Shown: positions 17,301 through 26,283 of the stretch, one piece after another
How positions within the stretch are numbered: the stretch's first letter is position 1
Layout: each line of letters opens with the position of its first letter
Origin: an uncultured Chloroflexia bacterium
GTDB taxonomy: Bacteria > Chloroflexota > Anaerolineae > Promineifilales > UBA4811
Direction of reading: 5' to 3'
Assembly (NCBI GenBank): GCA_963707345.1
Contig: CAVPPE010000003.1
Location: 128,072 to 192,071, forward strand
Length of the DNA: 64,000 nucleotides
Notes under the pieces: generated by a model
The model's input: only the letters and a program-made list of their open reading frames with translations
Database searches by the model: none
Told to the model about the DNA's origin: nothing
Position numbers and translations under genes: made by a program

Positions 17301-19241
17301 ATGAGCATTGCCAGTCACGCTAAAGAGTACCCTCCGGAAGAGGCCGGCCAGAATGTCTCCTTTACAAAGGGGCTGGCGGGTTTCTTGTTGATCCCCACCG
17401 TAGCGGTTGTGGTACTGATCATTGTGGCTGTGCTGGGGCTGGTCTTTTACCAGGCCAGCTACCGCGGGCGAATCTACTCGGGCGTGGTGGCCTGGGGCGT
17501 GGATTTGACCCGCATGACGCCGGCCGAAGCCGGGGAGGCGTTGCTGGTTGCTTTTCCGTACGCCAACCAGGAGGCGTTCACTTTCCGCGACCCGGGGACG
17601 GGCCAAACGTGGATTGCTACCCCGGCCGAATTGGGCCTCGGCTTTGATGTGGATGCCACGGCTGACGCGGCCTATCAGGTCGGCCGGGGCGGTACACCGT
17701 GGGACGATCTACTGGAACAACTGGACGTGCATCTGAACGGTCGGCAGCTCTCGCCCGTGATTGTTTTTGACAGCAACAAGTCGATCGCTTTTCTGGAGGG
17801 GATTGCGCTGCAGGTCTACCGGCCGGTGGTGGAGGCAGGTATCATCTATGCCGACAATCAGTTGATCACCACGCCAGGCCAGACCGGCCGGCAGATTAAC
17901 TTGGCAGACGCCTACAATCAGCTCTCCGCGCCGTTGGGCACGCTCAGTGGTGCGGAGATCGTCCTGGTGATCGACGAGACGCCGCCCACGATAACCGATG
18001 AGGCGGTTGCGTTGGTGCTGGCGGAGGCGAATAAGATTATCGGCCGGCCCATCACGGTCTTTTTGGCAGAGCACACCTACGAAGGCGATCCGGAGCCGCG
18101 TGCTATTACTCCGGAAGAGTTGGCCAACATGCTCCTGCTCGAGCTGGATGAAAGCGCCACTCCCCCGCGTTACGTTGCGCGGCTGGACGAGGAGTCGCTG
18201 GCTGCCTGGCTGGAGCCGTTGGTCGAGATGCTGACCACCGAGACCGTCAACGCCCGCTTTATCTTTAATGACGACACCCGCCAACTGGAGGTCCTGTCAC
18301 CCAGCGTCCCGGCTCGCACGCTCAATGTGGCTGCCACCGTAGCGCAAATTGTGGCCCAGTCGACCACCGATAATCGCGAGGTTCCGCTGGTGATTGAATG
18401 GGTCAAACCGGCCGTCAGCGAGGACGCGACGGCCGAGGAGTTGGGCATTATCGAGTTGGTCGCGCAAGGGCAGACGTTGTTTACCGGTTCGTCGGCCGTG
18501 CGGGTGCATAACGTCGCGGTGGCGGCCTCGCGCTTCCATGGCATCGTTGTCCCGCCTGGGGAGACCTTTAGCTTTAACCAGTTCCTGGGCGATGTGACTG
18601 AAGAGACTGGCTTTGAGGAAGGGCTCATCATCTTTGGCGGCCGGACCATCAAAGGGGTGGGCGGCGGCGTCTGCCAGGTGAGCACCACAGCTTTTCAGGC
18701 AGCATTTTATGCCGGGTTCCCGGTCCTGGAGCGGTATCCCCATGGCTACCGGGTGGGCTATTACGAGCACGGTGAGGGGCCGGGGATGGATGCCACCGTC
18801 TTTTACCCGGAGGTGGATCTTACATTTGTCAACGACACGCCGCACCATCTTCTGATTGAATCGTACGTCAACGAAAGGGCCCAGCGGCTGACCTTCAAGT
18901 TCTACTCTACCGGGGTCGGCCGGACGATTGAGCGGACCGTCACTGTCACGAACGTGATTCCACACCCGCCAGACCTGTACGAGGAGGACGCCGAACTGCC
19001 GGCCGGCGAGATCAAGCAGGTGGACTGGTCGGCCGATGGCGCGGACGTGCTGGTGGAGCGGGTGGTGCGCGGCCCCGACGGTGAGGTACTGCGCGAGGAT
19101 CGCTTCTTCAGCCATTATCTTCCCTGGCAGGCGGTGTTTCACTATGGCCCAGGAACGGAAGGGATGCCCCCGCCTCCTGAAGGCGAGGCGACCCCCGAGC
19201 CAGGCGCGACGCCCGACCCAAGCGTGACCCCAACCCCATAA
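17301..19241 (+). CDS. VanW domain-containing protein with N-terminal membrane anchor
   Basis: The ATG at 17301 follows aggaga (17285-17290). It has a TM helix and a VanW core (FSFNQFLGDVTEETGFEEGLIIFGGRTIKGVGGGVCQVSTTAFQAAFYAG). The tail is a G5-like region ending in a Pro-rich stretch. Confidence 0.8.
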   Translation: MSIASHAKEYPPEEAGQNVSFTKGLAGFLLIPTVAVVVLIIVAVLGLVFYQASYRGRIYSGVVAWGVDLTRMTPAEAGEALLVAFPYANQEAFTFRDPGTGQTWIATPAELGLGFDVDATADAAYQVGRGGTPWDDLLEQLDVHLNGRQLSPVIVFDSNKSIAFLEGIALQVYRPVVEAGIIYADNQLITTPGQTGRQINLADAYNQLSAPLGTLSGAEIVLVIDETPPTITDEAVALVLAEANKIIGRPITVFLAEHTYEGDPEPRAITPEELANMLLLELDESATPPRYVARLDEESLAAWLEPLVEMLTTETVNARFIFNDDTRQLEVLSPSVPARTLNVAATVAQIVAQSTTDNREVPLVIEWVKPAVSEDATAEELGIIELVAQGQTLFTGSSAVRVHNVAVAASRFHGIVVPPGETFSFNQFLGDVTEETGFEEGLIIFGGRTIKGVGGGVCQVSTTAFQAAFYAGFPVLERYPHGYRVGYYEHGEGPGMDATVFYPEVDLTFVNDTPHHLLIESYVNERAQRLTFKFYSTGVGRTIERTVTVTNVIPHPPDLYEEDAELPAGEIKQVDWSADGADVLVERVVRGPDGEVLREDRFFSHYLPWQAVFHYGPGTEGMPPPPEGEATPEPGATPDPSVTPTP

Positions 19242-19283
19242 CCTGCCGCAGACTCACCCGGAGTCTGGCTGGTGTGAGCCCCT

Positions 19284-20177
19284 CTACTGTGTGATGGTAA
19301 ACCGGGCTGTCTGGACGATGTCCTCGTCTAACAGAACCTGCACCTGGTACCGGCCGGGCGGGAACCCTTCCGCCAGTGGCAGGAAAAAGTAGCTCCGCCC
19401 CTTGGGTCCCCACTCCCAAATCCGCGTTGCCCCTCCAACCAGAACTCCATCGCGGTACCAGATGTGCCGCCAGAGCAGGCCGTCCGCCATGTTGTCATAG
19501 CTAAACGAGACAAAGAGCGCGCTCTGCCCGGCCGGGAACTCGGTTCCGGGGTTGACCGGCGTCCCATTGATCTGCATCCCCGAACTGATGGTGAGTTCTT
19601 CAATGCGCGCGTCGGCCGGGACGGTAGCAAAAGGGGTCACCGGCGTCAGGATCGCTTCCAGCACCGGGACGGTCGGCGAGGGGGTGGGGGTGATGCTGGG
19701 GGTCGGCGTGATCGACGGCGTAACGCTCGGTGTGGGTGTTTCGGTGGGCGTCGGGGTTTCTGTGGGGGTGCTGGTGGGCGTGTTGCTGGCGATAAAAGGT
19801 GGGGTGGAGGACGGCCGGCGTGTGAGGGTAAAGGTGGCCGTTGGCAATGGGGTGGGAGGGGTGGATTTGGAGTTGACGGCCGGCACTGGGGTATTGGTGG
19901 ACCCTGGCGTGAGCGCCGCTACGGGGGGTTCGTCGGGCAGGGGCCAGGACTGGCGGAGGGCCAGCATGCCGGCCGTGAGGATGGCAAACAGTGCGGTGGC
20001 TGCCAGGCTGGTGCGCAGCTTGTTGCGCGATCGGTGCCGCAGGATAAAGAACGAACCCTGGCGGATTTCCAGATAGTACCGGACCGCCATCAGCAGGGCC
20101 ACGGCCGCTATCAGACCCGCCAGGCCGGTGAGCCAGGGCATGATTGCACGCAAGAGTGGGGTCGTTTGGTTCATCAC
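19284..20177 (-). CDS. Membrane-anchored protein with Pro/Thr-rich linker and C-terminal beta-rich domain (hypothetical)
   Basis: 297 aa with two N-terminal TM helices, then a long PT linker (TPTETPTPTETPTPSVTPSITPTPSITPTPSPT), then a globular domain (WRHIWYRDGVLVGG...). Confidence 0.6.
   Translation of the reverse strand: MMNQTTPLLRAIMPWLTGLAGLIAAVALLMAVRYYLEIRQGSFFILRHRSRNKLRTSLAATALFAILTAGMLALRQSWPLPDEPPVAALTPGSTNTPVPAVNSKSTPPTPLPTATFTLTRRPSSTPPFIASNTPTSTPTETPTPTETPTPSVTPSITPTPSITPTPSPTVPVLEAILTPVTPFATVPADARIEELTISSGMQINGTPVNPGTEFPAGQSALFVSFSYDNMADGLLWRHIWYRDGVLVGGATRIWEWGPKGRSYFFLPLAEGFPPGRYQVQVLLDEDIVQTARFTITQ
19671..19784 (-). repeat. Degenerate in-frame tandem repeat encoding a (T/S)P(T/S/E/I) linker
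   Basis: It encodes NTPTSTPTETPTPTETPTPSVTPSITPTPSITPTPSPT. Reiterated ggtgt/ggggt/cggcg units are visible on the plus strand. Confidence 0.7.
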
Positions 20178-20204
20178 CGTCTCCAGCCGCTGCGCCGGCC
20201 GGGA

Positions 20205-21629
20205 TCACACGTCAAAATACAACTGCATTTCGAAGGGGTGCGGCCGGTTGCGCACTGCATAATACTCTTCTTTGAGCTTGTGCTCAATCCAGTCCTCAAT
20301 CATCTCGTCATCAAACACGTCGCCGGCACGCAAGAAGGCGTTGTCGGCCGCCAGTGCGTCCAGCGCCTCTTTTAATGTGGCTGGCAGCGGCTTGATGTCC
20401 TCAAGTTGTTCGGGAGTCCAGGCAAAGATGTTCTCATCAATGGGTCCAAAGCCGTGTTCGGTGGGGTCAATCTGGTTAAGGACCCCGTCAACACCCGCCA
20501 TCAGTTGGGCGGCGACCATCAGGTAGGGGTTGCCGGTGGCATCTGGCGGCCGGAACTCCATCCGCGCGGTTTCCGGCTGATCGGCGTATTTGGGGATGCG
20601 CACCGCAGCGCTGCGATTGCCCAGGCTGAAAAAGGCGTTGACGGGAGCTTCATAGCCGGGCACCAGCCTCCGATACGAATTGGTGGATGGGTTGGTGAAG
20701 GCCAGCACGGCCGGGCCGTGATGCAGCAACCCGCCGATGAAATAAAGGGCGGTCTTGCTCAACTTGCCGTAACCTTCCGGGTCGTAAAAGATATTCACGC
20801 CATCCTTGAAAAGGTGTTGGTGAAAATGCATACCGTTGCCTGCTTCACCGTAAAGTGGTTTGGGCATAAACGTGGCCGTCATACCGGCCGCATGCGCAAT
20901 CATCTTGGTCACGTATTTGACCTTCATCACCAGATCGCCGGTAGCGGCGGCGCCCACGATCATCGGCGTCTCGATTTCGCACTGGCCTGGCCCGCCCACT
21001 TCGTGGTGGTGATACTTGACCGGCACCCCCATATCCATCAACGTGAGCGACGTCCGCGTCCGCAGGTGGTACAGAGCGTCCTTTGGAGGAATGGCGTGAT
21101 AGCCACCATGCAGCGGGATATAGTATCCATGACCGCCCTCGCCACTTTTCCAATCCGCTTCCGCGCTTTCCACCCGGTAACCGGATTTATTGATGGTGTT
21201 TTCGAAGGCGATGGTGTCAAAGATGTAAAACTCAAACTCGGGTCCCCAGCGGCTTTCGTCGGCGACGCCAGTTTGCCGCAAATACCCATCAGCCATCTGG
21301 GCGATGTTGCGCGGGTCGCGGAAAAAGATCTTTTTGGTGTCCGCTTCCAGCGTGTAGCCAATAAAGCTCAGCGTGGGGACCTCCCAGAAGGGATCCACAA
21401 AGCCGGTGGACAGGTCTGGGACTGTCACCATGTCACCAGCCTTGACGCTTTTTAGCCCCACGCTGGAGCCGTCGAACCCAACCCCATCCCGCATGAGTTC
21501 GTGCGTGAACTGCTCGGCCGGAATGGTGAGGTGCCGCCAGCGCCCCCACAAGTCGCTGAACTTGATGTCAATCATTCGAATGCTGTGGTCGCGAATGTAG
21601 GCGACCGCCTGGTTCAAGTTGGCAAACAT
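20205..21629 (-). CDS. glnA: Glutamine synthetase, type I
   Basis: 474 aa with canonical GS blocks (FDGSSV, PEFEFYIFD, ATFMPKP, GNGMHFHQ, NSYRRLVPGYEAP, NRSAAVRIP). Confidence 0.92.
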   Translation of the reverse strand: MFANLNQAVAYIRDHSIRMIDIKFSDLWGRWRHLTIPAEQFTHELMRDGVGFDGSSVGLKSVKAGDMVTVPDLSTGFVDPFWEVPTLSFIGYTLEADTKKIFFRDPRNIAQMADGYLRQTGVADESRWGPEFEFYIFDTIAFENTINKSGYRVESAEADWKSGEGGHGYYIPLHGGYHAIPPKDALYHLRTRTSLTLMDMGVPVKYHHHEVGGPGQCEIETPMIVGAAATGDLVMKVKYVTKMIAHAAGMTATFMPKPLYGEAGNGMHFHQHLFKDGVNIFYDPEGYGKLSKTALYFIGGLLHHGPAVLAFTNPSTNSYRRLVPGYEAPVNAFFSLGNRSAAVRIPKYADQPETARMEFRPPDATGNPYLMVAAQLMAGVDGVLNQIDPTEHGFGPIDENIFAWTPEQLEDIKPLPATLKEALDALAADNAFLRAGDVFDDEMIEDWIEHKLKEEYYAVRNRPHPFEMQLYFDV

Positions 21630-21737
21630 GCTTTTGTTCCTTTACTCAGGCAATGACAAAATGCCGCCGCGCAAGCGTTGCTTTTCAGCCCGTTGAGTAT
21701 AGACTGTGCCTTTGGCGCTGTCAAGAAAAAATAGTTG

Positions 21738-21746
21738 TGCTATAAT
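21738..21746 (+). promoter_or_regulatory. Extended -10 promoter (TGcTATAAT) upstream of the hybrid kinase
   Basis: tgctataat lies at 21738-21746, the RBS gaggaggg at 21760-21767, and the ATG at 21772. Confidence 0.5.
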
Positions 21747-21771
21747 CCTGACAGGCGATGAGGAGGGAAAT

Positions 21772-24198
21772 ATGCCCGGCGAGCGCATTCTGATAGTGGA
21801 TGACAGCAAGTACATGGTCTCCTTTTTGGCAGACACCGCTCTCCCTGCGCTAGGCTATCAGCCAGTGGTGGCAACCACCGGACAGCGCGGCCTTGAGATG
21901 GTCTCCAGCCAGCGGCCGGACGTGATCCTGCTGGATTTCAACCTGCCGGACATGACGGGGATGGATGTGGTGCGCCATCTGGCGGCGGCCGGCAACCAGA
22001 CCCCCGTGATTTTGATGACCGCTTACGGCTCGGAGCAGGTCGCCGTCGAAGCCTTTCGCCTGGGGGTGCGTGACTATTTGTCCAAGCCGATTGAACTGGA
22101 TGAAGTGGCCAACGCGTTGGAGCGCGCGCTGCACGAGCCGCGCCTGCAACGCGACAAACGACAGCTAGCGGAAGAATTGCACCGGACCAACCTGGAGTTG
22201 CGCAATCAAGCCGACCAGGTTACGACCTTTACCAGCATCGGCCGGGCAATTACCTCGTCCCTGAACCTGGATCAGATCTTGACCCGCGTGATTCAGGGGG
22301 GAATCCAGTTGTGCCAGGCGGAAGAGGCCACCATCTGGCTGCTGGATGACCGGACCAAAGAGTTGGTTATGGTGGCAGAAAAGGGGGTGGACCACGACGC
22401 AATCCGCCTGCGGCGCATGAAGGTGGCCGATAATTTGGCTGGCGAGGCGATGCGGACGCGGCGGCCGGTTCGGCGGGCGGCCGGGCCGGGCGGCGGCATC
22501 AAGATCAAAACCGGCTACCTGGTTCTGGCAGTGATGTACATTCCGATCATGATCCAGGACAACTGCCTTGGCGTGATGTGTGTTGCCAATCGCCGCTCGA
22601 TGCAGGCGTTTGATCAATTGCAGCAGGACTCCTTGCAAGCCTTGGCCGACTATGCGGCCATCGCAATTCAGAACGCCCGCATTTTCAAGACCACTGATGA
22701 CTCTTTGCAGAAGGGGCTGTCCGAGTTGGCGGCTATCAACGAGATCTCGGAGGCGGTGGCTACTTTCGATTTGAAGGTGCTTCTCCGGCGAGCCATGAAT
22801 CGCATTCACAAGGCGTTTGATGTGGCTGCTGCAACCTTGTTTCTGGCAGATGAAGAGCAAACCGAGCTTCATTTCACCCTTTGCTCCAATATGGACCCCG
22901 GCACTGTGTCCAGCCTGCAGGTCCCCTTTGGCAAGGGGTTGGTGGGAAACTGTGTTGTCGAGGGCACAGGCCTATATACCAACGACCCACAAACCCACCC
23001 ACTGTTCTTGTCGGAATTTGACACGCTCAATGGCTTTGAAACCAAATCGTTGCTGGCAGTGCCTTTGACGCTCAAAGAGCGGGTGATCGGCGCCATCGAG
23101 CTATTGAACAAACGGACTAGTTCGTTTAACGAGCAAGATGTTCGCTTGCTGCGGGCCATGGCGATCCCGGTGGCAGTGGCGGTGGAGAACGCCCGTCTCT
23201 TTGAACAGGTGGAGCGGGAACGGGCCATGCTCCAGGCCGTGCTGGACGGCGGGGCTAACCCGATTCTGATTGTCGACCAATCCGGGTATGTGTTGCAATG
23301 TAATCCGGTGGCGCACAGGCTGTTTGGACTATCGGCCGGGCCGGCGTACGGCAAGCCGCTTGGGGAAGTGACCGGTCTTCCGCGCCTGGCGGGGTTGGTG
23401 GAGCAGGGCGAAATGATCACCGAGGAAATTGCGGTCCAGGATCGGACCTACCTGACCAGTGTGGCCCCTATTGCCCACGTTGGCTCGGTGGTGGAGATGC
23501 AGGACATTACCTACCTCAAGGAATTGGATCAGGCCAAGTCCGACTTTGTCACGGCCGTTTCCCACGACCTCCGGTCTCCGTTGACCTCGATTGCCGGCTT
23601 TGTGGACCTTCTCTCAGAAGCTGGTCCGCTTAACGCAGACCAGAGCCGGTTCGTCAAGCAGGCAACCCAAGCGACAGACAAGATGCGCCAGATGGTGGAT
23701 GATCTGCTGGACCTGGCCAGAATCGAAGCTGGGGTTGGCTCTGTGGAAACCACCTGCGACCTGTACGAAATCGCTCAAGATGTGGTTAGTGAGTTTCAGG
23801 GGCTGGCAATGCAGCGTAGAATCCAGCTGTCGCTGTCCAAGCAAGGGGAGATACCCTCTATTCAGGGGCATGCTGACCGTCTGCGTCGCGCAGTGGCGAA
23901 CTTGGTGGGCAATGCCCTCAAGTACACGCAGCCTGGCGGGCAGGTGCGCGTGGGTATGCAAACGACCGGGAACCGGCTGTTCTTGGCCGTGCTGGATTCA
24001 GGTATGGGCATTCCCCAGGAAGATATTCCCCACATTTTTGAGCCATTTTACCGGGTGGAGGATCATAAGGAAATTTCCGGCAGCGGTTTGGGGCTGACGA
24101 TGGTCAAATCGATTGTGGAAGGGCACGGGGGCAGCATCTCGGTGCACAGTGAGGTGGGACGCGGAAGTCGGTTCGTCATTACTTTGCCCTGTGCTTGA
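21772..24198 (+). CDS. Hybrid sensor histidine kinase (N-terminal receiver, two GAF, PAS, HisKA, HATPase_c)
   Basis: The ATG at 21772 follows gaggaggg. Domains seen: REC (ILIVDDSKYM...DVILLDFNLPDMTG), an H-box (AVSHDLRSPLTSI), NLVGNALKYT, DSGMGI and GSGLGLTMV. Confidence 0.85.
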   Translation: MPGERILIVDDSKYMVSFLADTALPALGYQPVVATTGQRGLEMVSSQRPDVILLDFNLPDMTGMDVVRHLAAAGNQTPVILMTAYGSEQVAVEAFRLGVRDYLSKPIELDEVANALERALHEPRLQRDKRQLAEELHRTNLELRNQADQVTTFTSIGRAITSSLNLDQILTRVIQGGIQLCQAEEATIWLLDDRTKELVMVAEKGVDHDAIRLRRMKVADNLAGEAMRTRRPVRRAAGPGGGIKIKTGYLVLAVMYIPIMIQDNCLGVMCVANRRSMQAFDQLQQDSLQALADYAAIAIQNARIFKTTDDSLQKGLSELAAINEISEAVATFDLKVLLRRAMNRIHKAFDVAAATLFLADEEQTELHFTLCSNMDPGTVSSLQVPFGKGLVGNCVVEGTGLYTNDPQTHPLFLSEFDTLNGFETKSLLAVPLTLKERVIGAIELLNKRTSSFNEQDVRLLRAMAIPVAVAVENARLFEQVERERAMLQAVLDGGANPILIVDQSGYVLQCNPVAHRLFGLSAGPAYGKPLGEVTGLPRLAGLVEQGEMITEEIAVQDRTYLTSVAPIAHVGSVVEMQDITYLKELDQAKSDFVTAVSHDLRSPLTSIAGFVDLLSEAGPLNADQSRFVKQATQATDKMRQMVDDLLDLARIEAGVGSVETTCDLYEIAQDVVSEFQGLAMQRRIQLSLSKQGEIPSIQGHADRLRRAVANLVGNALKYTQPGGQVRVGMQTTGNRLFLAVLDSGMGIPQEDIPHIFEPFYRVEDHKEISGSGLGLTMVKSIVEGHGGSISVHSEVGRGSRFVITLPCA

Positions 24199-24245
24199 GC
24201 GGCGCCCTGCTTCACCCTCACCCGGCCGCCAGGGGTGGCGGCTTG

Positions 24246-24254
24246 TGGTATAAT
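24246..24254 (+). promoter_or_regulatory. Extended -10 promoter (TGgTATAAT) upstream of the zinc-ribbon membrane protein gene
   Basis: tggtataat lies at 24246-24254 and the ATG at 24273. Confidence 0.5.
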
Positions 24255-24272
24255 TCTCGCCCTGAGGAAAAG

Positions 24273-25136
24273 ATGAAAATCCGATATTGGTTGTTCTTGC
24301 TGCTCATCCTTTCATTTGCAGCGCCAGCCCAGGCGCAGACCGCTGTGGACCGGCTGGCGCGGGTTCAGGTGGATGTTTGGCCCGACCTGGATCAACCGGC
24401 CGTGCTGGTGCTGATCACGGCCGAGTTGCCCGATCCTGTTGTTTACCCGGCCAGTGTCACCCTCAGCCTACCGGCAGCGGCCGGTTCGCCGACAGCCGTC
24501 GCGCGCATCACGGCCGATGGCCAGATGCTCAACACCCCCTTTGAGACCGAGTCGCGGGGTGGGGTCAATGCCGTGGTCATCGAAACCACCGACCCGGTGG
24601 TTCGCGTCGAGTTCTATTTTCCCTACCAGCGAGACGGCGACAACGTGCAACTGGAATACAACTGGCTGGGTGGGGCTGCAACCGATGATCTGACAATCCT
24701 GTTCCGCGAGCCGCTGCAGGCCATCAACGTGGTCACGCCAGAAGGTTTTGCGGATATTGGGATTGCCGCCGACGGGCAGCGATTCCACCAATGGAGCCTG
24801 GGCCCGGTCGAGGCGGGCGAGACGTTTTCGGCCGCCTTTAGCTACACCGCGCCGGCGGCCGCTGTTTCCGCTCCGGTCCAAGCCCAACCTGTTGCCGCGC
24901 CGGCCGGCCAACCAGCCCAGTCGTTGGATGCGCTCACCATCGGATTGATCGCGGCCGGAGGGTCGTTGGTTGGGGCCGGCCTGGGTTGGTTCTTCTCGGC
25001 CCGCCGCACACCTGCGCCAGTTGTGGTGCGCCGGCCGGGCCGCGATGATGGAGCGGCCGCGTTTTGCCACCAATGCGGGGCGGCCGTGCGCTCCGGGGAT
25101 GATTTCTGCCGCAAATGTGGCACCAAGATCCGTTGA
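24273..25136 (+). CDS. Type I membrane protein with signal peptide, extracytoplasmic domain, one TM and a C-terminal zinc-ribbon
   Basis: It has a signal peptide (MKIRYWLFLLLILSFAAPAQAQ), a late TM (LTIGLIAAGGSLVGAGLGWFF) and a terminal CHQCG...CRKCG zinc-ribbon. The ATG at 24273 is in frame with track ORF 24195..25136. Confidence 0.6.
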   Translation: MKIRYWLFLLLILSFAAPAQAQTAVDRLARVQVDVWPDLDQPAVLVLITAELPDPVVYPASVTLSLPAAAGSPTAVARITADGQMLNTPFETESRGGVNAVVIETTDPVVRVEFYFPYQRDGDNVQLEYNWLGGAATDDLTILFREPLQAINVVTPEGFADIGIAADGQRFHQWSLGPVEAGETFSAAFSYTAPAAAVSAPVQAQPVAAPAGQPAQSLDALTIGLIAAGGSLVGAGLGWFFSARRTPAPVVVRRPGRDDGAAAFCHQCGAAVRSGDDFCRKCGTKIR

Positions 25137-25140
25137 GACC

Positions 25141-26283
25141 GTGAGCTTGCCGCCTCCCATTCTGGTGCAAACGCCTGCGGACTGGCAAGACTGCCTGTCC
25201 GACCTGGCGCGGCAACCCCAATTGGCGGTGGACATGGAGTCCAACAGCCTCCATGCCTATCGCGAACAGGTTTGCCTGATACAAATCTCCACTCCCCACC
25301 AAGATTACATTGTGGACCCGCTGGCGCTGCCCAACCTGGATGGGTTGGGAGAGGTGATGGCAGACCCGGCCGTGGAAAAGATCTTTCACGCGGCCGAATA
25401 CGACCTATTGAGCATAAAGCGCGACTTTGGCTTTGCGTTCTACAATCTGTTCGACACGATGCTGGCGGCGCGCACGCTGGGCTGGAAAAAGCTGGGATTG
25501 GCGTCCTTGCTGCAGGAGGAGTTTGGCGTCGAGTTGGACAAACGCTTTCAGCGCACCAATTGGGCCCGCCGGCCGCTCACGCCGGAGCAAATAGCTTACG
25601 CTCGTCTGGACACCCACTTTTTGTTTGACCTCCGTGACCGGTTGCAGGCGGAGCTGGTGGTGGCCGGGCGTCTGATAGAAGCCCGTGAAAGCTTTGAGCG
25701 GATTGCCCAGGTGACACCCACCCTGCGCACCTTTTGCCCGGATGATTTCTGGCAGCTCCTCAACGGCCGGTACCGCCTTTCCCCCCAGCAGCACGCCGTC
25801 TTGCGCGAGCTGTACATCTTTCGCGAAAGCGAAGCGCAGCGCCGAGACCAACCGCCGTTCAAGATCTTTGCCGATCGCACGCTGCTGCAGTTGGCGGAGT
25901 CCTTGCCTCATTTCCCCGACGAGTTGCAAGGCATATACGGGCTGACGCCCAAGATCATCAATCGCTACGGCCGCCGGGTGCTGCAGATTATCAGACAAGG
26001 AATGAACGCCCAACTACCCAGCCCTCCCCCCGAGTGTTCCCGGCCGCCGGAGGCAGTTCAGGCGCGCTATGAGGCTTTGCACAACTGGCGCAAAGAGCGG
26101 GCTCGCCAGCGCGGCGTCGAGTTGGATGTGATTGTATGCAGGGATGCGCTCTGGAACCTTGCAAGACTGGACCCCAAGACGGTAGAAGACCTTGGGTCCA
26201 TCCAGTCGCTGGGCGACTGGCAGCAGGCGCATTACGGCCGGGAAATGATTCAAGTGCTGAACGAGATGAGGAACAGCAAATGA
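25141..26283 (+). CDS. rnd: Ribonuclease D-like 3'-5' exonuclease with HRDC domain(s)
   Basis: DEDD exonuclease blocks are present ([28 protein letters not shown]), followed by an HRDC-like segment ([28 protein letters not shown]). The GTG start at 25141, just after the upstream stop, is tentative. Confidence 0.8.
   Translation: MSLPPPILVQTPADWQDCLSDLARQPQLAVDMESNSLHAYREQVCLIQISTPHQDYIVDPLALPNLDGLGEVMADPAVEKIFHAAEYDLLSIKRDFGFAFYNLFDTMLAARTLGWKKLGLASLLQEEFGVELDKRFQRTNWARRPLTPEQIAYARLDTHFLFDLRDRLQAELVVAGRLIEARESFERIAQVTPTLRTFCPDDFWQLLNGRYRLSPQQHAVLRELYIFRESEAQRRDQPPFKIFADRTLLQLAESLPHFPDELQGIYGLTPKIINRYGRRVLQIIRQGMNAQLPSPPPECSRPPEAVQARYEALHNWRKERARQRGVELDVIVCRDALWNLARLDPKTVEDLGSIQSLGDWQQAHYGREMIQVLNEMRNSK

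Noticed and set aside
19249-19267. The hairpin cagactc-acccg-gagtctg between the convergent VanW and PT-rich genes
   Set aside because: It has only 7 bp and no flanking U-tracts on either strand, which is too weak to call a bidirectional terminator.
21630-21705. A glutamine-responsive RNA element in the glnA leader
   Set aside because: Only a short AAGGAAC string near the RBS resembles the glnA RNA motif. I could not find a supporting E-loop or pseudoknot arrangement.
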